Source: Tubulanus polymorphus
Lineage: Eukaryota; Animalia; Nemertea
Length of the DNA: 64,000 nucleotides
Direction: 5' to 3'
NCBI RefSeq assembly: GCF_964204645.1
Contig: NC_134033.1
Coordinates: 7,758,655 to 7,822,654 of the forward strand
The translations under genes were made by a program, and so were the position numbers. This document shows, piece after piece, positions 39,901-51,900 of this stretch; position 1 is the first letter of the stretch, and each line of letters begins with the position of its first letter. The notes beneath the pieces are model-generated. The model saw only the letters and a program-made list of their open reading frames with translations, was not told the DNA's origin and searched no databases.

Positions 39901-42900
39901 TGAGTCCGATCGACCCAATTTTTGTTATGCTGATGGGCCCTGGGGGATTCACATACATCCAAAAGATCGAGGTAATTGACCAAAGCGTCTTCAAAATTTC
40001 CCTCAAAATGTTCAAAATTGTGTAAGAAGTGTTGATTATGGCAAACAACAATGGCTGCCAGTCGGCCATCTTGATTCTGACAGGGCCAGTTTTTGGGCTG
40101 AAGATGTGTCTAGGGTAGATACATGTGTAACCTATATATCAAGGCATTACATTGAAGCGTCTTCAAAACTTCCCAAAATAACTGGATTCCGTCTACGGAC
40201 GGACGAAAAGTAAACGCAAGTCCCAAGTGGGCTAAAAACGTACCGTGATTTTAGATAATTGGCTCAATGCCAACTCCATTATCGCAAACAAAAAGGTAAA
40301 CCAAAAATGTGGGTTTAATTCAGTAGACTATGAGCTGCTGTTTAATTCAGTGAACTATGGCCATTTAACTAAATGGACTAAGAGCTGTTACACTCAATTG
40401 ACTATGGGCTGTTAAACTCAAACACTTAAACTCAATGGACTATGAGCTATGGACTATTCAAAAATGTGTAAGAAGTGTTGATTATGGCAAACAACAATGG
40501 CTGCAAGTCGGCCATCTTGATTCTGACAGGGCCAGTTTTTGGGCTGAAGAAGTGTCTAGGGTAGATACATGTGTAACCTAAATATCAAGACATTACATTG
40601 AAGCGTCTTCAAAACTTCCCAAAATAACTGGATTCCGTCTACGGACAGACGAAAAGTAAACGCAAGTCCCAAGTGGGCTAAAAACGTACCATGATTTTAG
40701 ATAATTGGCTCAATGCCAACTCCATTATCGCAAACAAAAACGTAAACCAAAAATGTGGGTTTAATTCAGTGGACTATAAGCTGCTGTTTAATTCAGTGAA
40801 CTATGGCCATTTAACTAAATGGACTAAGAGCTGTTACACTCAATTGACTATGGGATGTTAAACTCAAACACTTAAACTCAATGGACTATGAGCTATGGAC
40901 TATGTGCTGTTTATCTCAATGGACTATAAGCTGAATTAACAGGTTTATAAAACTAGCCCACTTACTTAAGTCACTTACTTTTTCAAAAAGTTTCAACGGA
41001 TTTTTAAATTGGATGAAAACCATTCTAGCAATATCGCTGACCAGTTTACGGTAGTCTTCTAATATTGCCAACGATTTTTCATCATCATCCTGAGTCAACA
41101 TCAGTCGTTTGTCTGTGTAAGTATATGCAGCAATCAAGATGGTGGACACGTCGAAACTCGCCACACATGACGAAAACATGAATTCGTAAACATTTCGATT
41201 CCAACAACGATGCAGCAAACCAAACAGGATCATTGGTAGAGTCTGAAGATCAAGATTTCTAGGTGGATAAACGTCCTCGCCATTCGGAATGAGCAGAGCT
41301 AAAGCTAGCAATAACCCGACAACATTCAAATCTAATAGACCTGAAGATAATGAATCAATGGGAAGTTTTGATAATATCTGAAATGAAAAAACAAAACAAT
41401 CAGTTCTACTTACAGTAGTAATCAAAAATAAAATCCTAAAAAATAAAACAAGAAAGAAATCCTAAGAATGGGCTTGCTGACATGGTTGTACTGAAAGCTT
41501 GCTTGGTGGTTTTGTATTTCTGTAGTAGAATTAATCGAACTTTGAACTGATTACTTTTTAAAGAGCTAAGAGATCGGTGTTGTCGTACATCATACATGAA
41601 ATGTTACACACGGGGACTGGGAATCGGAATGGTTTTATTGTAGACGTGGACCCAGCTTTTGAATAGTTGTTATTTGAATATTGTAGTGTCTTAACGGAAT
41701 TAATCATCATGTTGATAATTGCTAGATTACTTATCGGATTGTGTTGAAATGATTTTGCATAGAAACATTTACAACTGAAAGAAAATACGTGACTAACTCG
41801 AGTGACTTCAGGTGAAGAGAAGTGAACACGAAAATAGATAGGAGCCACGATTTTTCTTTTTAAAATAATAAAGACATTAAGCAAGAATAAGCTGCATTTC
41901 CATCAAATGACAATCCACTATGATCATCCGATAAAGTTTATTGCCACCATAGACTACCGCCCCCTGGCTCTTTGGAGACAGGGAACCAGTCTTCAATACA
42001 ATTCAGTATTTATTTTACAGAAAAGCGGTTTTTAAGTTTTAGATATTTAAACTGAAGAATATAAATGTTCATACAGAGATTTTTCAAATGGCCGCTAACG
42101 CAAGCACCCAATGAAAGTAAAAGATCAAAAGAATTTTCTAAAAACGTGAAAGTAAATGCTTTATTGTGAAATTTTAATTGTGTCAATAAAGAATGAATTG
42201 AATTGTCGGCAGCACTATGCCGCGCATGAATTCCAATTCCAAGACTGATCACGCACGCTCAACCAAGGTTGGTATGCGCTGCTGAAATAACAAAAACGAT
42301 TAAACAAAATCATACAACAATGAAAACGACAACCGATATAGCCAATTTACGAAAGGAACCTAGATTTTATTACTGCATTAAATGTGTGTAAATATCAGAG
42401 CCCAAGAAAGTTTCTAACGAAAGTAATCGACTCCCCAAGCAAGTTATCAATCTGTGTGATAGCAATATGGGCTTGCAATCAAGCCCATGAAAAAACAAGT
42501 ATCAACAAACGACTCGACAGAGATGAGTCTAAATCGATTGAAACGTTAATCGTAAAATTTAAATTATTCGATCATCGTGAAGGTTTTGATAGCTGGTTTT
42601 TACTTCTATTTATTCCATGTAATGTAGGAATCTTAGTTTCATAGTTAAAGCATTTAGTTGTAGTTGCATATGTGGTTCTATATTCAGTTTATGCATGAAC
42701 TTTAAGACAGGCGAATGGCATGAACTACAACTTTGCAATTGATTATGGTAACAAAAATATGCCTAGGTACCAATCTAAGGAAATACTAAGTTATTCTAAA
42801 ACTCAACGCCCCCTGGAGACCACATAGAATAACTAATGTCCTTAAAACACAGCACAATCATAGACGATGTCCTGAGCTACAACTTTGCAATTGATTGTGG

Positions 42901-45900
42901 TAACAAAATATGCATAGGTACGAACATAATATAGCAATACTAAGTTAATACAAAAACCAATGACCTTGAAACTCACCAATGGGCTACAACTTTCTAATTG
43001 ATTGTGGCAACAAATTATGCTTAGGTATTAATAAAATGCGGAAAAACTTTTTCCCACCTACGAATGAGTACTGATGAAATACCCTCTTTCAGGTATAAAA
43101 CTTCCCTTTCCAAAGAATACCCATCACAAATTGCAATGAGAAATGGCAAACCAGTAGGAAGCTACAGGACTCAGAATTCGGGCCAAAATTGACATTTTTG
43201 GGCACTAGAAAGGTCATAGGACGGCCATCTTGAGTCCGATCGACCCAATTTTTGTTATGCTGATGGGCCCTTGGGGGATTCAAAGAACAACGAAAGAACA
43301 ACGTAATTGATCAAAGCGTCTTCAAAATTTCCCTCGCAATGTTAAAAAATTTGTAAAAAGTGATTTTGGCGAACAATAATGGCTGCCAGTCGGGCATCTT
43401 GATTCAAACAGGGCCAGCTTTTGGGCTGAAGATGTGTCTAGGATAGATACATGTGTAACCCAAATATCAAGACATTACATTGAAGCGTTGTCAAAACTTC
43501 CCGGATGGACGGATGGACGGATGGACGACGGACGATAAGTGAACGCAATAGCCCACTGGGACTAAAGTCCCAAGTGGGCTTAAAAGTGCCGACAGCCTGG
43601 TAAACCAGTCTATGCATTCATTGATTATAAAAAGTGTTTTGACCAAATATGGCAAGATGGTCAGGGTTCAGACGTTAGAATATCAGTAGAGGAATCAAGC
43701 CCTGTACAAAGGATCAAGGAGTATGGTACTCATTGGGTCAAGTTTCAGTGATTGTTTCCCCACTTCAGTAGGTGCCCGACAGGGGTGTTTGCTATCCCCA
43801 ACACTCTGTAACATATTCTTGGAAAACATCACGACGGAAGCATTGAGTCTCCCCCCAAAGTTAGCAGGCAGGGCAGTCATGAATCTACGGTTTGCAGATG
43901 GCATTGCTCTGATGTCTACTACACCCAGTGATGAACAAGCACAGCCACAGCAATTAGACAACACCAGTGGAAGATATGGCATAGAGATAAGTCTGCCTAA
44001 GACCGAAACCATGGTCACAGGCTGTCAAGATTAAATAGATATCTATATCAGAGGCCAACATCTTGAGCAAATAGACAAATTCACCTACCTTGGCTAAGTA
44101 CAGAATGAAGATGTCACGTCACTGAAGGAGGTGAAAACCAGAATAGCCAAGGCTACGACTACTCTCATGACTGAAACTTGTGTGGCGCGATCGCAACAAC
44201 ATGACAGGAGGCAAACTTTAACTGCTACGGTCCCTGAGATGAACTGTTTCCGTAGGCTGCTGCAGATTCACTATAGGACTCACACATTGAACAATGAAGT
44301 CAGAGTCAGGGTTGCCAAGGAAATTGGAAAGTATTATAGCGTGTTGTCCTCTGTAACCAGAAAGAAACTTTCCATGATGGGTTTCTGTGTAATTGTTTCT
44401 GTTTCATTCACCGAACTCGCTGTCAAAAAGGCGATTCTCGATAAAAATAGTAATGGGTTTCCCCGCGGGATACCCGCTTTGGGAAAGGCACCTGAATCGA
44501 TGCTACGAGTTCGAATCCCAATATTAAGACGTAATTTATTATTCTTTGAAATAAATTCTTAGAATTTCTATTTATGATAGGATGTGCAGGTTTTGATTTG
44601 GTAATGATGTTAATAAAAGTTAACCTCTTAAGGTATTGTTTTCTATCTATTATTTGTGACGGATTAGTTTCGATGCTCCTCACAACCCGCCCCACCACGT
44701 GTCACTTATTCACGGACACGCGGATTGTATCATTTGTAATAGGCCTACCACATGAAAGAGTCCATGGCCTACCGTAGAATAGTAGGGCCTACCGATCACG
44801 CTATGTGCGATGAAAGTAGTGTTTGAATAAAACAAATTTTTAATGAAATAAACATTATTTATCATAATTAATCAATAGATCAGGTGCCGCCTTAATAATT
44901 GTTTGTTTCGTGAAATTTGTACAAAACTTTGCGGCTTCGTCATGTCTTGTGACCCTGAAAATACTAGAAGAATCATCGGTAAGCTTATAAAACGGCGAGG
45001 TCAACATAGTAACAACAACTTCGGGGATTGAAAAAAAAAACTCGAAAGAATTATTTCTTATGCTGATGAGTTATACTGATGGGGAGTAGCGACCGTCATT
45101 GACACCGGTTATTTATCCATTCACTATCAAATGTGACGAGCCCAATAAATGATTGCGCATAGATTCGGCCTCTCAGCATTTAGCACAGCAGTTCCGAGAA
45201 GTGTTAAGACCGATCAGCGCGCGCGCTATCTAAAACCGGTGCTAGTACGATCAATATCTACAGGTATATACGTGTTCAGTATTACACAGCGAGTACCAGA
45301 ATGTTGATCGAGCGTCGTCGTAGCAACGCGCTATACAGCGGCTTGAACTAGCGAGTAACGTTAATTATCTTTTAACCAAATTAGAGCACTTATAATCATT
45401 GGAATCAAATATAAACCAAGCTGCACCATCTACATCAAGTAGAGAATACCTGTGTGAAATTACAGAATTGTCGGTCCACACAAACAGCTTAAATCGTGTC
45501 ATAAAGAAACATCCACAGACGGACAGACAGACAGAGAGACAGACAGACAGACAGACATGACGACGATGCCATAGATGGGTTCGTCTGACGACGAAACCCA
45601 TCAAAAATCAGGAAGTTGACCTGGTTTGGCCATGTGATGCAAGCCAAAGGATTGCTGGCCAACACCATTCTGCAGGGCAGAGTCAGGAAGCGGGGTAGTC
45701 CCAAATGACAGTCGTTGGACACAACGACGACGATGATGATGCATGAACAGGCTGTGGACCATTCAGATCTCGGATCAGATTTACCTCCATTGTCATGGAA
45801 TGCTTTTCACGGTCATGTAAACCAATTTTTATGGTGTGAACTTTAGAAGCAGGTTCAAAATTAGATGAAAAGAAAAGACCAGCTGACACTGATAGTGGAG

Positions 45901-48900
45901 AGGGAACACAACTGTTGCTGTGGTTCGCTGAACAAAATTAGTGCAACTGACTGCATAATACAGATGGCAAAGAACTGAATATCAATGAACTAGACTGGAT
46001 ACTGAAACTAACGGTTGGCTGAGGAGATGAAAATACTTGCACCAGGCACTGACAGAGCCTTATTTCGTGGTAGGTTAGACCATTTAATATATTGTACATA
46101 ATTTCAAGTTTTTTTTTGACAATTTAACGATTTATAAGTTTGGTAAAATAATTTGTTGTGTTTATCAGTCTTTATTGGTCGTGGAAACAGTTCACAACAA
46201 GGCAATTCGATACTACGTATCTATGTCCCCCGCGATAGCCAGTATAAAATGAATGAACCCTGAAGACATTGATCTTTGGTATAGAAAAATGATGAGTGAA
46301 TCCAGGGATACCCATACTATGAAATATCATTTTCCTGCTATGAATGGTTATTCAAGAATTGAGTTTACAGGGTTTTAGGCAAACGACGTCTACCAACCTT
46401 GACCTTTCACCCTAGAACTCCAAAATCACTAATGCACATCCTCTTCCCAGGGGTAATCATACTATGAAATAGCATTGTTCCGTTATCAATGGTTCTTCTT
46501 GAATCGTTTTTACAAGGTTTCATATGAATGATATCTAGTGACCTTGACCTTTTCCCCAAAATCAATAGGGCACATCCTCTCCCTAGGGGTAATCATGCGA
46601 TGTAATATCATTGTATTGCTATCAAAAGTTCTTTCTGAATCACATTCACGACGCAAGGTTTCACGTGAATGACCTGAAGTGACCTTCACCTTTGATCCTT
46701 GGAGCCCAGAATCAATAGGGCACATCCTCTCCCTAGGGGTAATCATACTACGTAATATCATGGTCCTGCTATCAATGGTTCTTCTTGAATGACGTTCACA
46801 AGCTTTCACATGAATGACCTGTGGTGACCTTGATCTTTGGTCCTTGGATGAAAACAATGAAAACATTTTACATTGTTCATTGTACTACTTTTTTAATTAT
46901 GCAGATCTGTTCGCCTAAGACAGTGGAAACAGGAACAAATACGTGAGATCAATTTGTTTTACCTTAAACTTTAGAGTTAGGTATGGCCGGTGATTGTTCA
47001 AAAAGATCAACAGACCAAAGTGTATCACTTTCAAAGACTTTTTTGACGCCTTATAAAACGTTACCATTATGAAACCTAAACAATGCTAACCATTCAGCGT
47101 CATTTTACAAACGACAGCCGTAAATCGATGTGCAAAACGTCACAAGTTTATGTGTACACAAACAAGCTATCTGGCAAAATATTATTGACATAGATGTAGA
47201 ATGGCTTCCTGTGATTATATAATGACCTATATTTGAACGTCGAAATGTTATATTGCATTGAATATCATTAGAAGACGTATTGTAATAGTAAAGGATGTAT
47301 GATTATATCAGAAGCGGCAGGCATAAATAGAAATGATAAGTAAATCGGATTATTCGGTTAAATGGCGGATGTATACACGATGCGGAAGTCTGATATAAAA
47401 GTCAGACCCTGACGTGGGCATGCCGGTGGAATGACGAAGCTATCTACGATGTGTGTAGGGCCGGCGTGAATTTCATCAGCGGCTACAAGCGGTTAATATG
47501 AAAATGTGTAAACATATAATTTCAATATTCAATCGTTTGTGAAAATATGTTTGATATTAGGAGTATGCAAGTTTCGTGAGATTAGCAATTTATAATAGCA
47601 TAGCTGTCATATACGGCTCCGTGTCCTCTGATGGCATGTGTATTAGGTGACAATTCAATTCAATTCTTTATTGATCCTTATTACATTGAAATTCCGGGAT
47701 AAAATTCCCAAATTCAATAAATACAAATTTTAAAATAAATTAATACAACATACAAGACACACGGGTAATTCATACAGAACAACATAAGCATGTTATTTTA
47801 AATGACAATGTCTACTTCAACCCACCCAGACTCAAGACTCTAGGAAATCGAGTGACAGCCAAACGCGTGGCCCGGGCCGGCTGGCTAGGCCACACGATAT
47901 GCTCGAAGTCATAATGAAGCAGACATCAGAAGAGCTCTTTCTTCATCCATGGAGGCAATGAAGTTGCAGACCAGCTTAGAGGCATAAGTAAATGAAGTCG
48001 GTCGCAAGTTCGCGATCAATTATTGAGAATTTTCAATAAAAAAATTTAAACCACTACTAGAGTCGAAGACCTGTATCATCTACCCAATCGCCAAATCTCA
48101 TCATTCCCCAAATTTCTTAAAACTTTGATTTCAAAATTGCAATTCCACATTAGCTTAGCCCAGAAATTCTACATTTTTTTCCCAGGCCTCAAATAATTTT
48201 CTAAAATTAATTTTCTTGTTAATAATAATTGGACCGATAATAATATGAAAATCTATAATAAACTTTATTTCACTTTAAATACAAATTGCCCATTGGCCAA
48301 GAGGTTTACCACAGCCTCATGAAATGCAGAGATGAGATGATTTAACTAAGATCAAAATATATCAGTAAACTAAATAGGGATGCAATTTGAAATACATGAG
48401 TATCAATAAAACAAATGTTCACGTAAAAAAAACATACCTCAATTTTACATGATTGGCTCAATGCAAACCAAAAAGAGTGAAAACTGTATTGGATTAAATT
48501 AAAATGATGGGAGATTATTTTTGCACTTTTGCACTTTTTGCAAATAATTAGATGGAAAATTAAGACAGTTATATCAAGAAATAATAGCTTTTAATGTAAT
48601 TATGAAAACATTACAATTTTTGGAACTAAAATTTGTATTTCCGAGTAGTACTTAACCTTTCCTATGGTTTTTGCCAATATTTTCTAAATTTGGATTGATC
48701 GCCAATGGTTTTTCTATACGACCCGGCCCTGCGGTATTGCATTTAGCCACCGGCGAAATCCGCCATCTTTTTACGTCATAGCAGACCCAAAAAAGAAAAC
48801 AGCTATGCGGGGCAGGTGGGCGGGATTCCCACCATAGGAGAGGGTAAATACTACTCGGAAATACAAATTTTAGTTCCAAAAATTGTAATATTTCCGTCGA

Positions 48901-51900
48901 GTACTGTACCCTTTCCTATGGTTTTTGCTAGACTAGCCTAGCACAAGGATGGTGGGAAAGGTAGATAGAAAAACCACCGCTCAAACGCAAGGTAAGAGGG
49001 GAAAAAGAGAGCACTTACCCAAGCACGGAATGGATCACTGTAGCACAGGGAAGACCGGTGGGGTCCAGCTCAGGGCCCCCCCCCAAAATTTTGCGAAATT
49101 AATACTTGCAGATATGAGCCCAAACTATGTACAAGGATACACCCCCTGTGATCCTGATAATGCAACATAAATATTCTACACTACAACGGACACCTTGAGC
49201 CATAACAACAGGACCAAGTGAAGCTAATGAGCCTAACTGGCCTGAAACATCCCGTAAATAAAATGATGTGAATGTCGATGGAGAATTCCAAAAGGCGGCC
49301 CGACAGACTTCCTCCAACGGAGCACCAGAAAAGGCTGCGCAGGAAGTAGCCATAGACCTCACTTGATGAGAAACCACTCCCTCCGAGGAAAGATTCTCCT
49401 TCAATAAAATGTCCTTGATCAGTGAAGAGACCCATCGGGCCACTGTGTCCCGTGAAATATCACCCTTCAGGTGATCCAGCAGCGGAATAAATAACCGTTC
49501 CCGTCAACCCCTCCGTGAAGCAGAGCAATCTAAATAGAAACACAACGCCCGTACAGGACATAAAGTCCTGTCTGGAAGGCCCGGTTCCACTCGATGTTTT
49601 TGGGCTTCAATTCGCCATTGACGCCCAACCGAGCCTGGTTGTTGGTTCTTTGCCAAAAATTCCAAAGCAGGCCGCAGTGAAACAAATTCCTTCGCTGGCC
49701 CAGAGACAATATGACCTTGTCGGACTGAAAGCGCATGAATCTCAGAGCGACGGGCCGAGCAAGCCAAGAACAGCAAAAATACAGTCTTTTTTGACAAATT
49801 CACAAATGACGCTGCCGAAAAAGGTTCAAATGGAGCCTCCATTAACTTCTTCAAAATTACAGACAGATCCCATGGTGGAACTATCCTTGGTACCCGAGGC
49901 CGGGAAATAGAAAACCCTGCAACAAGCTGGGATATCCGATGATCCCCTGCTACATTTGACCATCCAGAAGCACGCAATGTATGAGAAATCGCGGAGCGGT
50001 AACCTTTAATAGTTATGACCTGCAAACCTTTTGCTACAAATAGGTGCAGTAAAAAATCTGCCAATTGAGCTACAGAGGGTGAGCATGGATCAATTTCCCC
50101 TGCAGCACATCAATCCGCAAAATGACTCCATTTGGCATCGTAAATGGCACTTGTTGATGGCCGCTTAGATCCTGCGATAAAGGAGGCAGCCTGTTCTGAA
50201 AAGCCTGAAGCTGACAAGGATCGCTGGACAATGGCCAGGCGAGCAGATTTAACCACTGGCTGTTTGGATGATGCCGAAAGTTCCCCTGAGACAGAAGCGA
50301 TGGGAAATTCGGAAGAATCCTGGGGTTGTCGCACACTAGGTTGAGAAGTGGTAGGAACCATTTCTGAGCCGGCCAACATGGTGCTACCAGAACTATGTTG
50401 CAATTGAATGACCTCTCTATTTGATCCAGTAAGCGTGGCAGGACTGGTGTGGGCGGGAACGCATACGCATGCATCTCCGACCCCCGGCATCGACCCCCCA
50501 CGCTTCCGCGTCTGGAAACGGGGACACAAACAGAGGACACCTCCGATTGAACCGGGTGGCAAACAGATCCAGCAGCGGATTGCCAAACATGCCCCGAACC
50601 CGATCGGCTACTTCTTGGTGGAGAACCCATTCCGTCACAATAGCCTGACCTCAACGAGACAGAGCATCGGCCATCACGTATATTTTCCCTGCTAAATGTG
50701 CAACAGTCAGGGACAAGCCCTTTGTCTGGCACCAAAGAAGAATTTTGGCCGACAGACCCGTGAGGGTTTCTGAGTGAGGACCCCCTTGGTTCTGAAGGTA
50801 AGTCCTCACTGTTGAATTGTCTGTGGCTAACCAAACGTGGTGGCCCTCCACTCTCCTGTGAAAGAACTTCAGGGCCTTCCACACGGCCAGCATTTCTAGG
50901 AAATTTATGTGGTTGGTGGCCTCGTAGCGAGACCATCTCCCGGCTTTGACTCAGTTCTCCAGATGTGCCCCCCATCCTTGGTGACTGGCATCCATGAATA
51001 CACGAACTGGAGCCTCTAACGGGGCTAGTCACACCCCGCGCAGAAGATTTGTAGTTGCCGCCCACCACTGAAGATCCGGACTTAGATCGGTTGGAGGTAC
51101 GGGAATCAAAGTCTCCCAGTTGCCCTTCGACCGAGACCAGAAGACCTTCTTATATTGTTGCAAGCGCCTGCTTCTGGCGGCCTAAGGGCACCACCAGACC
51201 CATGGAGCTGATGGAGCCTAGAAGCCGTGACCAGTAACGAGCTGTTCTCGGGGTTGTGGACACTCCCACTACAGCTTCTTGAAGTTTGGCTACTCGAGCC
51301 ATAGACGGAAAGACTTTGCCGAATCGGAGATCGAAGTCCCTGCCTAGATAAGTGAACTGTTGGGCCGGCGTCAACTGAGATTTTTCCCTGTTTACGCGGA
51401 ACCCTAGCAGATGGACTAAGTGCAAGACTGAGGTCATTGCGTCCCGACATTCCTGAGCCGAGTTCGCGACTATTAACCAGTCGTCGAGGTAAACGAACAG
51501 TCCAACACCCCTTGACTGAAGTACCTTCTGAACTGACTTGACCAACTTGGTGAAAACCCACGGGGCCGTACTGAGGCCAAATGGAAGAGACCTGAATTGG
51601 AACTGGCGGCCTTTCCACTTTATCCTGAGAAATCGACGAGATTTTGGGTGAATTGGAACCTGAAAGTAAGCATCTTTCAGGTCCAACGAAGCCGCCCATT
51701 GACCCGGACGGAGCCCTTGAATCACGTCCTTGGGTTTGGTCATCCGGAACCTTGGAATGTCTAGGTGCCGATTGAGGGATGACAGATCTATCACCGTCCG
51801 TTGACGCCCTGTGGCCTTTGGTACCATGAATATTCGAGAAAACCAGCTGGGAGAAGTTTCGTTGCAAACTGGTTCTGTCGCTCCCTTCTCGGCCAATTCC

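Larger units (their letters stand above)
31965..40238 (+). mobile_element. Helentron/HINE (pearl/DINE-like) non-autonomous element, family A, split by the Kolobok insertion
   Basis: AACTAG start, subTIR GCCCACTTGGGA/TCCCAAGTGGGC, ~150-bp internal tandem units, (GGAC)n and A-rich end. The Kolobok flanks rejoin to match the copy near 61915. Confidence 0.7.

Noticed and set aside
40320-40930. Regular ~20-bp repeats as a CRISPR-like array
   Set aside because: Degenerate contiguous minisatellite without unique spacers, in a eukaryotic context with no cas genes.
42200-42281. Candidate missing URB2 exon (SAYQPWLSVRDQSWNW) after a good phase-2 acceptor
   Set aside because: In-frame TAG before any usable donor; it abuts what looks like a LINE 3' tail.
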